A DNA stretch of 64,000 nucleotides from positions 21,324 through 85,323 of the forward strand of contig DATKJS010000009.1 of NCBI GenBank assembly GCA_035543515.1, written 5' to 3'. The position numbers and the translations under genes are program-made. The notes under the pieces are model-generated. The model worked only from the letters and a program-made list of their open reading frames with translations, searched no databases and had not been told where the DNA came from. The first letter of the stretch is position 1. Each line of letters opens with the position of its first letter. Source of the DNA: Terriglobales bacterium. GTDB taxonomy: Bacteria; Acidobacteriota; Aminicenantia; Aminicenantales; Saccharicenantaceae. This document shows positions 44,894 through 53,661 of this stretch, piece after piece.

Positions 44894-46564
44894 ATGGCCC
44901 CGTCAGCACAGACACCCGTCACCGGCATCCGCGCTCCCAGGGGCTCCCGCCTGCGCACCAAGGGCTGGTCGCAGGAGGGGGCGCTGCGCATGCTCATGAA
45001 CAACCTCGACCCGGCCGTGGCCGAGAAGCCGCAGGAGCTCATCGTTTACGGCGGGACCGGCAAGGCCGCCAGGAACTGGGAGTGCTACCGGGCCATCGTG
45101 GCCAGCCTGAAGAAGCTCGAGAACGACGAGACCCTCCTCGTCCAATCCGGCAAGCCCGTGGCCGTGTTCCGGACCCACGCCGAGGCGCCGCGCGTCCTCA
45201 TTTCCAACGCCATGCTCGTCCCCAAGTGGGCGACCTGGGACGAGTTCCGGCGCCTGGAGGCGCTCGGGCTGACGATGTACGGGCAGATGACCGCGGGCAG
45301 CTGGATCTATATCGGGACCCAGGGCATCCTCCAGGGGACCTACGAGACGCTGGCCGCCGCGGCCCGGCGCCATTTCGGCGGCTCCCTCAGGGGAAAGCTC
45401 GTCCTGACGGCCGGCCTCGGCGGCATGGGCGGGGCTCAGCCGCTGGCCGTGACCATGAACGACGGCGTGGCCATCGTCGTCGAAGTCGACCCGGACCGCA
45501 TCCGGCGCCGGCTCGAAACGAGATACGTCGACACCATGACCGGCAGCCTCGACGAAGCCCTGCGGCTGGCGGGCGAGGCCAAGCGCAAGGGCGAGCCGCT
45601 CTCGGTCGCCCTCTTGGGCAACGCCGCCGACGTCCTGCCCGAGTTCGTCCGCCGCGGCCTCGTCCCCGATGTCCTGACCGACCAGACCTCGGCCCACGAC
45701 GAGCTCAACGGCTACGTGCCGAACGGCCTGCCCTACGAGGAGGCCGTCCGGTTGCGGCGGGACGACCCGGCCGATTACATCCGCCGCTCCTTCCAGGCCA
45801 TGGCCGCCCACGTCGAGGCCATGCTGGAGCTGAGGCGGAGGGGGGCGCGGGCCTTCGACTACGGCAACAACATCCGCGGCCAGGCTCAGAAGGCCGGCGT
45901 CCGCGACGCTTTCGACATCCCCGGTTTCGTGCCTGAGTACATCCGCCCCCTGTTCTGCGTGGGCAAGGGACCCTTCCGCTGGGCCGCGCTGTCCGGGAAG
46001 CCTTCGGACATCTACGCCACCGACGAGGCCGTGCTGCGGGAGTTTCCCGAGGACGAGGGGCTGGCGCGTTGGATCCGGAAGGCCCGGAGCGGCTTCAAGT
46101 TCCAGGGGCTGCCGGCCCGCATCTGCTGGCTCGGCTACGGCGAGCGGGCCCGCTTCGGCGCGGTCATCAACCACCTCGTCCGCAAGGGAAGGATCAGTGC
46201 GCCCGTCGTCATCGGCCGCGACCACCTCGACACAGGCTCCGTGGCCTCGCCGAACCGCGAGACCGAGGGGATGCGCGACGGCTCCGACGCCATCGCCGAC
46301 TGGCCCATCCTCAACGCCCTCCTCAACGCCGTGAGCGGCGCCTCGTGGGTCTCCGTCCACCACGGCGGCGGCGTCGGCATCGGGCTGTCCATCCACGCCG
46401 GGATGGTCATCGTAGCGGACGGCACCCCGGCCATGGGCCGGCGCCTCGAGCGCGTCCTGACCGTCGACCCCGGACTGGGCGTCGCCCGGCACGCCGACGC
46501 CGGCTATCCCGAGGCCGTCGCCTGCGCCCGGGAGAAGGGGATCAAGGTCCCGCTCCTCAAGTAA
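44894..46564 (+). CDS. hutU: Urocanate hydratase
   Basis: [54 protein letters not shown] and a full-length match to the HutU pattern, 556 aa. Confidence 0.95.
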   Translation: MAPSAQTPVTGIRAPRGSRLRTKGWSQEGALRMLMNNLDPAVAEKPQELIVYGGTGKAARNWECYRAIVASLKKLENDETLLVQSGKPVAVFRTHAEAPRVLISNAMLVPKWATWDEFRRLEALGLTMYGQMTAGSWIYIGTQGILQGTYETLAAAARRHFGGSLRGKLVLTAGLGGMGGAQPLAVTMNDGVAIVVEVDPDRIRRRLETRYVDTMTGSLDEALRLAGEAKRKGEPLSVALLGNAADVLPEFVRRGLVPDVLTDQTSAHDELNGYVPNGLPYEEAVRLRRDDPADYIRRSFQAMAAHVEAMLELRRRGARAFDYGNNIRGQAQKAGVRDAFDIPGFVPEYIRPLFCVGKGPFRWAALSGKPSDIYATDEAVLREFPEDEGLARWIRKARSGFKFQGLPARICWLGYGERARFGAVINHLVRKGRISAPVVIGRDHLDTGSVASPNRETEGMRDGSDAIADWPILNALLNAVSGASWVSVHHGGGVGIGLSIHAGMVIVADGTPAMGRRLERVLTVDPGLGVARHADAGYPEAVACAREKGIKVPLLK

Positions 46565-46679
46565 CGGCCACAGGGCCCGGCCGAGCCGGGCCGAGCGCCC
46601 GGCGGCCGCGCCCGCCGTGTCACGTTTTGTGCCGCGGCGCGCCCCGCATCCCTCTGACCTTGAAGAAGATGCGCCGGGG

Positions 46680-46696
46680 CGGCACAAACTGTGCCG
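46680..46696. promoter_or_regulatory. Perfect palindrome CGGCACA-aac-TGTGCCG, candidate enhancer-binding-protein site (UAS)
   Basis: About 100-115 bp upstream of the sigma-54 -24 element. The half-site TGTGCCGCG recurs at 46628-46636 (62 bp upstream). Confidence 0.5.
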
Positions 46697-46792
46697 CGCC
46701 GGGCCCGATTTGCCGTTCTTATCCGTCTCGCGGCCTGTCATTAATATATTTATAATCAACACCATATAACCAATGGGGGCTGGGCCTCGCCC

Positions 46793-46808
46793 TGGCACGC
46801 GCCTTGCA
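46793..46808 (+). promoter_or_regulatory. Sigma-54 (RpoN) promoter, TGGCACG-N4-TTGCA
   Basis: CTGGCACGcgccTTGCA matches every conserved position of the -24/-12 consensus YTGGCACG-N4-TTGCW. The -12 element ends 26 nt before ATG 46835, with an AAGGAG RBS in between. Confidence 0.75.
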
Positions 46809-46834
46809 AGAAGGAAGGCCGAAAGGAGCCGCCG

Positions 46835-47053
46835 ATGAAAAAAACATGCCTGTGGGCCCTGGTCGGGCTCATCCTCTTTTCCTCAGTCCTTCTCTTCCCT
46901 CTCTCGGTCCGCGCCCGTGACGTGAACGAGTGCTATCGCAACCACCAAGCGTGCCGCGAAAGGGCGCTGGCCATGGATGGGGCCTGGACCAAGATCGCCA
47001 TTTACCTCACCGTCTGTGATGTGGCGCTCGGCAGATGCATCCTGATCGCCTAG
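46835..47053 (+). CDS. Secreted 72-aa mini-protein with twin Cx6C motifs
   Basis: Good RBS and a signal peptide (MKKTCLWALVGLILFSSVLLFPLSVRA). The 45-aa mature part has C33-x6-C40 and C61-x6-C68. It is visibly less GC-rich than its neighbours. Confidence 0.55.
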   Translation: MKKTCLWALVGLILFSSVLLFPLSVRARDVNECYRNHQACRERALAMDGAWTKIAIYLTVCDVALGRCILIA

Positions 47054-47124
47054 AAGCGACGAGCGGAGGGCCCTCCACGGCGGAGGGCCCTCTCTCTCCG
47101 CCGGTGCGCGAGGAGGGCGCGGCC

Positions 47125-48120
47125 ATGGGACCGATCTTGAGGCAGGCCATCGTCTACCTGGCCCTGACGTCCGGCATCCCGCCGGCCGCGGCCATCACCC
47201 CGGCCGACGCGCCGGTCCGGCGGCTGGCGGCCGAGGACGTGACCAGCCGGGACGCACGTCCCGACGAGGCCTGGCTCGGCTTGGCCGCCGCCCTGGCCTA
47301 TGACGCCGAGCGTGTTTACGCCGTCGACGCCGAGGACTGCGCGGTCAAGGTCTTCACCAAGTCCGGCCGGTTCGAGGCCGTCATCGGCCGGAGCGGGCAC
47401 GGGCCCGGCGAGTTCTCGTTCCCTTCGGGCGTGGCCGTCCTCGGCGGCCGGCTGTTCGTTGCCGACAAGCTCAACCGGCGCATCCAGGTCCTCGACCTGT
47501 CCGGGCGGTTCCTGCGGAGCTTCGCCCTGCCCTTCGCGCCCGACAGGGTCCTCGTCCTGGCCGCCGACCGGCTCGTCGTCACGCGGCGTCCCTCCGGCCG
47601 CCCGGCCGGCGAGAGGATCCTCCACTTTCTCAGCGCCTCGGGTGAGCCGCTGCGCGAGGAGCTCGTCGCGCGCACCGGCGGCGACCCCGTCCTCGACGCC
47701 TTCCTCAACATGGTCCTCGTCAGCCCGGGGCCGCGGGGGGACCTCTTCGTCATCTTCAAGTGCCAGGAAAGGGCGGTCCTCCATTACGGGCCCGACGGCG
47801 GCCTCGCCGGCCGCGTCCCGGTCGACCGCCGCTACGGCTCCAAGGCCGTGTCCCTGCCGGTCCGCGGCGGGCGGAGGACGGTCGAGGCCTTCTGCTGGGA
47901 GAGCGCCCAGGACCGGGGACGGATCTTCCTCCTCGCGCCCGAGTATACGGACGGCGGGGACATCGGGCCCGGGGACAGGGTCTACGTCATCGACACGGCC
48001 GGCCGCCTCGAAGCCAGGATCGAGCTGCCGGCCCGCGTTTCGCGCCTGGCCGTCGAGGGCGACAGGATCTTCGCCGTCGACCTCGCCGGCGAGCTCCGGG
48101 TGTTCCGGGTGGCGCGATGA
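47125..48120 (+). CDS. NHL-repeat / six-bladed beta-propeller protein, signal-anchored
   Basis: GHGPGEFSFPSGVAVLGGRLFVADKLNRRIQVLDLSGRFLRSF is a classic NHL repeat, with further degenerate blades. Start ATG 47125 behind GAGGAGGG. Confidence 0.7.
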   Translation: MGPILRQAIVYLALTSGIPPAAAITPADAPVRRLAAEDVTSRDARPDEAWLGLAAALAYDAERVYAVDAEDCAVKVFTKSGRFEAVIGRSGHGPGEFSFPSGVAVLGGRLFVADKLNRRIQVLDLSGRFLRSFALPFAPDRVLVLAADRLVVTRRPSGRPAGERILHFLSASGEPLREELVARTGGDPVLDAFLNMVLVSPGPRGDLFVIFKCQERAVLHYGPDGGLAGRVPVDRRYGSKAVSLPVRGGRRTVEAFCWESAQDRGRIFLLAPEYTDGGDIGPGDRVYVIDTAGRLEARIELPARVSRLAVEGDRIFAVDLAGELRVFRVAR

Positions 48121-48584
48121 GCGTGCGGGGAGCGGCGCTCATCCTCCTGGCCGTCTCCGTGGCTGGGACGGCCTCCTGGCCGGCCGGGATCGAGGTCCGG
48201 CTCTGCCGGACGCTCGAAGAGGCCGCGCCGCCCGGCGCCGGCGCCGCGCTTCTCGTCTTCTTCTCGACGGAATGCCCGGTCTGCTACGACGGGCTCTTCG
48301 AATCGCGCCGCCTCGTCGAGAAGGGCGGCTGGCCGGTGCGGGTGGTCGGCGTCGCCTCCGGCCCGGCGGACTCGGTCCGCTCCTTCCTCGAAAAATTCGG
48401 CTGGACGCAGCCTGTCGTTCACGACCGACGAAGGTCCCTGGCCCGGAGGTTCCGCGTCGACTTCGTCCCCGACTGGGTCCTCCTCGTCGGGGGAGAGCCG
48501 GTCTGCCGGAGCGATCCGCGGGCCGGCCCCGTCCGAGGCATGGAGGGCCTCGCCGCATGCTTAAAACGAACGTTTTCCCGCTGA
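48117..48584 (+). CDS. Secreted thioredoxin-fold (redoxin/TlpA-like) protein, CPVC active site
   Basis: Signal peptide, then LLVFFSTECPVCYDGL.., VRVVGVA.., FGWTQPVVHD.., VPDWVLLVGG. ATGA overlap with the NHL gene. Confidence 0.7.
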   Translation: MSVRGAALILLAVSVAGTASWPAGIEVRLCRTLEEAAPPGAGAALLVFFSTECPVCYDGLFESRRLVEKGGWPVRVVGVASGPADSVRSFLEKFGWTQPVVHDRRRSLARRFRVDFVPDWVLLVGGEPVCRSDPRAGPVRGMEGLAACLKRTFSR

Positions 48585-49291
48585 CGGCGCGCCTGGCCGG
48601 CCTGAGGCTGCGCTCCTCGCGGCTGGTCCCGGCCGTGGCCGCCGCCCTGCCGGTCTTCCTCCTCGGCCTAGGCCTGAAGGAGTCGCCGGCGACGGCCTTG
48701 AAGGTCTTCCTCCTCTTCTTTCCCTACATTTTCCTCCTCGCTTCGCAGGACATGTCCGCGTCGGAAACGCAGGGCGGCGGGCTCGAGAACGTCCTCTTCC
48801 TCGACGGCCGGTTCCGGACCTATCTCTGGCAGAAGAACCTCGTCCTGGCCGCCGCCGGCGGCGTCTACGCATGCGCGGTCTTCGTCGGGCTCGCCGCGTG
48901 GCATCTCGGCCGCGGCACGTTCGAGCCCGCCTCCGTCCTCCAGCTCGGCCTGGGGCTCCTCGCCGGCGCCTATTACGTCGCCGTGGCCGGGGCGCTGGGC
49001 TTCGTCCTCAGGGCGGGCTCCAACGTCGTCGTCCTCCTCCTCGCCCAGGCCGCGGCCCTCATCGGTCTCATCCTCTCGACGACCCTCCGCACCGGGTTCA
49101 TCGACCACCTCGCCTCCGGGCGATTCCCCGGCTTCGGCTCGAAGCTCCTCTTCGCCGGCCTGGCGGCCGTCTTCCCCAACCTCATCGTCGCGCGCCGGCT
49201 TTCCCGCGGCGGCGCCGTCGTCCTGGCCGGGCTCGTCCTGGCCTTGCTCGTCCAGCGGGCCCGCCTGCGGCGGCTCGAGCTCACGAAATAG
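48557..49291 (+). CDS. Polytopic membrane protein (about 6 TM), probable permease partner of the downstream ABC ATPase
   Basis: Hydrophobic spans throughout. The only in-frame ATG is 48557, giving a 28-nt overlap with the upstream gene. Confidence 0.55.
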   Translation: MLKTNVFPLTARLAGLRLRSSRLVPAVAAALPVFLLGLGLKESPATALKVFLLFFPYIFLLASQDMSASETQGGGLENVLFLDGRFRTYLWQKNLVLAAAGGVYACAVFVGLAAWHLGRGTFEPASVLQLGLGLLAGAYYVAVAGALGFVLRAGSNVVVLLLAQAAALIGLILSTTLRTGFIDHLASGRFPGFGSKLLFAGLAAVFPNLIVARRLSRGGAVVLAGLVLALLVQRARLRRLELTK

Positions 49292-49301
49292 GAAGGCGGA
49301 G

Positions 49302-49997
49302 ATGCTGCGCGCCGACGGACTCTGGAAAAGCTATGGGCCCGTCCGGGCCTTGCGGGGGGTCGGCTTCTCGCTCGAGAGGGGTCGCGTCACGGCCCTCCTC
49401 GGCGAGAACGGGGCGGGCAAGACGACAACGCTGCGGGTCGTCCTCGGCATCCTCGCCCCGGACGCCGGCGCGGTCGAGCGCGAGGCCGGACGCGTCGGCT
49501 ACGTCCCCGACCAGCCGGCCTTCTTCCCATGGCTCCGCGGCCGGGACGTCCTCGACCTGACAAGGCGCTCGGCCGGGGCGGGGCGGGAGGAGTGGGGGGC
49601 GCGGGTCCGGGACCTCGCGGCGGCCCTCCGCTTCGACGCCGCGCTCCTCGACCGGCCGCCGCGGACCTATTCGGCCGGGAACGCCAAAAAACTCGCCTTC
49701 CTCCAGAGCCTGGCCCTGGAGCCGGACCTCCTCGTCGCCGACGAGCCGTTCGCGGCCCTCGACCCGCCCTCCGTCAAGCGGGCGCGCGACCTCCTCATCG
49801 GGGCGAGGGACCGCGGCGCCGCCGTCCTCCTGAGCTCCCACATGCTGGCCGAGATGACCCGGGTGAGCGACGATTTCATCGTCCTGCGGCACGGAAAGGT
49901 CGCCGCCCGGTCCGGCCTCGCGGAGTTCCTGGAGCGGGCCCGGCCGGCCTCGGCCGGGGAGGTCGAGGCGGCCTTCCTGGGCCTGATCCAGGGCTGA
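49302..49997 (+). CDS. ABC transporter ATP-binding protein
   Basis: Walker A GENGAGKTT, signature YSAGNAKKL, Walker B LLVADEPFAALD, H-loop SSHML. Confidence 0.85.
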   Translation: MLRADGLWKSYGPVRALRGVGFSLERGRVTALLGENGAGKTTTLRVVLGILAPDAGAVEREAGRVGYVPDQPAFFPWLRGRDVLDLTRRSAGAGREEWGARVRDLAAALRFDAALLDRPPRTYSAGNAKKLAFLQSLALEPDLLVADEPFAALDPPSVKRARDLLIGARDRGAAVLLSSHMLAEMTRVSDDFIVLRHGKVAARSGLAEFLERARPASAGEVEAAFLGLIQG

Positions 49998-50013
49998 GAC
50001 GGCGGGCCGCAGG

Positions 50014-52284
50014 TCACTTGGCCGCTGCGAGTTCCTCGATGGCCGCGGCCACCCTGGCCCGGTAGTCGAGCAGGACGCGGGGGTCCTTGGTGTACGCCTT
50101 CCCCGAGCTGAAGATCGAGCCCGGGATATCGAGCAGCGCGGCGGCCCGGCGCGCCGCCTTGGGCGCCCGCGACGCGGCGGCGGCGACGGCCTTCTCGAGG
50201 AGCTTGAAATACTCGTAGTCCTCGATGCCCTCCCGGAGGACCTCCCAGCGGATGGAGTTGACCGGCCCCGTCAGATGCTTCGACGTGTCCTTTCCCGGCG
50301 CCCGGTTCGGCGGGTAGAGGAACCGGCCGTCGCCGTTCCCCCAATAGTTGACCTGGCCGTACGGGACGCCGTAGCCGACCGTGTAGGACATCGGGTCCTG
50401 CCAGGGGTTCTGGAGGGCGCCGGCGGGGAAGACGGTCGGGCTCGACCAGTAATTGGCGCGCCAGACGAGGATCCCCTGGAGGCCCCACTTGTAGGACATC
50501 CACAGCCACATCCGCAGGTTGATGGCCGGGTGGTCGATGAAGAGCGTCACCCACGGACCCTTGGGCCCCGTGCAGAGGTAGGACCAGAACTGGCGCCCCT
50601 GCGGCCGGAGCCGGGCCACGGCGGCCGGGTCGACCCGGTCGAAGATCGTGCAGCCGATCTCGGAGACGTCCATGATGTCCGGGCCCGGCCGGTGCTCGGT
50701 GATGAACCGGGTCAGCTTGGACGCGTTCCTGCGGATGTTAAGCATCCCTTCGCGCACGAACGGGTAGTCCTTCGGGTCCGGCTCGTCGAACCAGTAGACG
50801 TATTCCTTGCCCAGCCAGCCGTTGGCCGCGAGGTGCTCCTGGACCTGGCCGAGGTGCATGCTGAGAAGGCGGTCGTATTCGGCCGTGCCCTGGCGGAAGC
50901 CGCCGAACAGCCCCTCTTGGCGGGAATAGAATGAGCCCGAGCCGATGCCCTTGACCGAAAGGTCGAAGGCGTTGAAGCCGAATTCGTCGAGCAGCAGGCG
51001 GGCCCCGCGGTCGAATTCCGTGAAATCCGTCTCGACCGACATCGCCTCGGCCGGCATCTCGAAGTCGCCGCCGGGCACGAGGTTCGGGCCGCCCGCGGCG
51101 GCGGCAAGAGAGACGTCGTCGAACCAGGCTGCGCCCGTGGCCGTGCCCGCCTCGTCGCGGAAGGTCGGGAAGAGGCGGATGACGACGGACCGGACCTCCG
51201 GCGGATAGGCCGGCACGTCCAGGCGCCCCTCCTTCCAATCGGCCGTCCCCTTGAAGACCTGCACTTGGTTGAGGCGATGGATGGGCTCTCCGCGGCCGTC
51301 GAGGGGCTGGAGGAAGACCGTACCGTCCTGGCCGTCCTTCTCCGTCCGCGCCCACCACGACAGCCGGTAGGGGACGCCGGCGGCGACGGGGATGGGCTCG
51401 GCGCTGCGGGCCTCGACCGCCTCGGCCGGGCTGTCGTCGACGACCCGGAGCGCGCGGCGGCCGGAGTGGACCGGCGCCGTCACGAACTCGCCGCCCCGCC
51501 AGGGGATGCCCCCGAAGCGGACGTCGATCGGGTAGAGCTCGGCGAACGAAGTCGGGGCGACACGATGGGCGCGGAAGTTCTCGAGGTAGAGCCGGTAGAC
51601 CTTCTCCAGCTCCTCCCGCGTCGTCAGGTTGTGGTAGGCCTTGATGTCCGAGACGACGAGGCCGAACGAGGAGCGGATGCTGGGCGTCGCCGGCAGGGTG
51701 AAATCCCAGACGTGGAGGCGGACGGGGACGGCGATGGGCGACGGCCAGTCTTCGGAAGAGAGGGCGACCGAGCCGCGATAATCCCCGGCCCGCGCCGTCG
51801 GCGGAACGTAGACCGTGATCCAGAGAGCCGAGTTCTCGCCGGCCGGCGCGGCGAACGGGCCGTCGTAGGGCGGCAGGGGGTCCGGCCAATCGCCGGCGGC
51901 GCCGTAGGCGTCCGTGGGCAGGTTGACGTGGACATAGGCGACGCGCGCGACGGTGACGTTCGTGACGGCGATCTCCGCCCCCGATTCCTGGCGGAGCGGG
52001 CCCGCCTCGACCCGGACATTGGCCGTGGCCTTCGCGGGGACGAGGACGACCTGGAAGGGCTCGTACTCGTTCCGCGCCGCGCGAATGACGACGGCGTCCG
52101 ACCTCCCGAGCGGCAGGGGGTCGGTCTTGCGGACCTTGGTCGCTCCGGGCGCCCACCAGACCGCGAAGAGCGGGCTGCGGGTGATGAGGAGCCCGTCCGT
52201 CCCCGCCCCCGCGCCCGAGGCCCGGGGGCCGGGGAGGAGCAGGGCCGCCGCCAGGATGATCATGACCAGGAGTTCGCGTTTCAT
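50014..52284 (-). CDS. Secreted DUF4091-type glycoside hydrolase-like protein
   Basis: Signal peptide. The C-terminal region WVTLFIDHPAINLRMWLWMSYKWGLQGILVW .. NGDGRFLYPP .. SIRWEVLREGIEDYEYFKLL matches the DUF4091 pattern as I remember it. Confidence 0.6.
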   Translation of the reverse strand: MKRELLVMIILAAALLLPGPRASGAGAGTDGLLITRSPLFAVWWAPGATKVRKTDPLPLGRSDAVVIRAARNEYEPFQVVLVPAKATANVRVEAGPLRQESGAEIAVTNVTVARVAYVHVNLPTDAYGAAGDWPDPLPPYDGPFAAPAGENSALWITVYVPPTARAGDYRGSVALSSEDWPSPIAVPVRLHVWDFTLPATPSIRSSFGLVVSDIKAYHNLTTREELEKVYRLYLENFRAHRVAPTSFAELYPIDVRFGGIPWRGGEFVTAPVHSGRRALRVVDDSPAEAVEARSAEPIPVAAGVPYRLSWWARTEKDGQDGTVFLQPLDGRGEPIHRLNQVQVFKGTADWKEGRLDVPAYPPEVRSVVIRLFPTFRDEAGTATGAAWFDDVSLAAAAGGPNLVPGGDFEMPAEAMSVETDFTEFDRGARLLLDEFGFNAFDLSVKGIGSGSFYSRQEGLFGGFRQGTAEYDRLLSMHLGQVQEHLAANGWLGKEYVYWFDEPDPKDYPFVREGMLNIRRNASKLTRFITEHRPGPDIMDVSEIGCTIFDRVDPAAVARLRPQGRQFWSYLCTGPKGPWVTLFIDHPAINLRMWLWMSYKWGLQGILVWRANYWSSPTVFPAGALQNPWQDPMSYTVGYGVPYGQVNYWGNGDGRFLYPPNRAPGKDTSKHLTGPVNSIRWEVLREGIEDYEYFKLLEKAVAAAASRAPKAARRAAALLDIPGSIFSSGKAYTKDPRVLLDYRARVAAAIEELAAAK

Positions 52285-52308
52285 GTCCCTTCCTCCTTCG
52301 CCGCCGGC

Positions 52309-53583
52309 TTAGATGACCGTGCCGTCGGGGATGACGGCGTTCTTGGGCACGACAATGATGCCGTTGACGATGGCGTAGCTCTCCGCCGCCGCGGCGGCGA
52401 CGCCTTCGCCGTTGACGAGCCGGACGCCCCGGCCGATGCGGGCGTTCTTGTCGATGATGGCGTTACGGACCTCCGAGTCGGCGCCGATGCCGATTCCCGG
52501 GAGGCCCGACTCCCGGCTCTGCTCCAGCCCTTCCTTTGACTCGAAATAATCGGCGCCCATGACGACCGTCCGCTCGATCCGACAATTCTCGCCGATCCGG
52601 GAGCGGATGCCGATGATGGACTCGCGGATGCGGGAGCGGTCGACGATGCTCCCCTCGCAGAGGATGGCGCTGGCGACGTCGGAGGCCAGAATCTTGCTCC
52701 CGGGCAGGAAGCGGGCGTGGGTGAAGATCGGCTTCTGCTCGTCGTAGAAGTTGAACTTCGGCAGCGGGCGGGTCAGGTCCATGTGGGCCTCGAAGAAGCT
52801 CGGGATGGTCCCGATGTCTTCCCAATAGCCGTCGAAGAAATAGCCGTGGACCTTGCGGTCGAAGATGGCGCGGGGGATGACCTCCCTGCCGAAGTCGCTG
52901 GCGTCGGTGTGGGAGAGGAGCTCCCGGAGGACGGGGCCGTTGAAGAGGTAAACTCCCATCGAGGCGAGGTGCGTCCGGTCCGCGGCGACGCCGGCCCGCC
53001 GCAGGACCTCAACCGGGACCCCCATCCGGTCGATGTCCGCCGCCGCGCTGGGCTTCTCGAAGAACTCCGTGATCCGCCCCTGCGGGTCGACCTTCATGAC
53101 GCCGAACTCGGGGGCCTGGGCCGCGGCAACGGGGGTCACGGCGATGGTGATCTCGGCGCCCGAGGCGAGGTGGGCTTCGACGAACTTCCGATAGTCCATG
53201 CGGTAAAGATGGTCGCCCGAGAGGACGAGGACGAGGTCGCCGGCGTCCAGGATGAAGCCGAGGTTCTGTCGGACGGCGTCGGCCGTGCCCTGGTACCAGT
53301 CCCGGTTCTCCAGGGTCTGCTGGGCCGAGAGGAGGGTGATGAAATCCGGGTGGAAGTTGTCGAAGCGGTAGGTCGTGAAGATATGGCGGTGGAGGGATTC
53401 GCTGGCGAACTGGGTCAGGACGAAGATCCGGCGGAAGTCCGAGTGGATGCAGTTCGAGATGGAGATATCGATGAGCCGGAACTTCCCGGCGATGGGTACG
53501 GCCGGCTTGCTCCGGACCTTGGTCAGGGGATAGAGCCGGCTGCCCTGGCCGCCCGCCAGGATGATCGTGACGACGTTGGCCAT
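52309..53583 (-). CDS. glgC: Glucose-1-phosphate adenylyltransferase
   Basis: ILAGGQGSRLYPLTKVRSKPAVPIAGKFRLIDISISNCIHS, and a left-handed beta-helix C-terminal half. Confidence 0.9.
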   Translation of the reverse strand: MANVVTIILAGGQGSRLYPLTKVRSKPAVPIAGKFRLIDISISNCIHSDFRRIFVLTQFASESLHRHIFTTYRFDNFHPDFITLLSAQQTLENRDWYQGTADAVRQNLGFILDAGDLVLVLSGDHLYRMDYRKFVEAHLASGAEITIAVTPVAAAQAPEFGVMKVDPQGRITEFFEKPSAAADIDRMGVPVEVLRRAGVAADRTHLASMGVYLFNGPVLRELLSHTDASDFGREVIPRAIFDRKVHGYFFDGYWEDIGTIPSFFEAHMDLTRPLPKFNFYDEQKPIFTHARFLPGSKILASDVASAILCEGSIVDRSRIRESIIGIRSRIGENCRIERTVVMGADYFESKEGLEQSRESGLPGIGIGADSEVRNAIIDKNARIGRGVRLVNGEGVAAAAAESYAIVNGIIVVPKNAVIPDGTVI

Positions 53584-53661
53584 GTCCGCACCTCGCGCGC
53601 CGGTTTCGTGACCGCCTTATTTTAACACACGCCGTGATGGCGGCCATGCCGCCGCGCCCCC

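Noticed and set aside
46751-46770. IHF binding site in the AT-rich tract upstream of the sigma-54 promoter
   Set aside because: Only the WATCAA half (AATCAA) matches; the downstream TTR element does not. I kept it as an AT-rich bendable region rather than calling a site.
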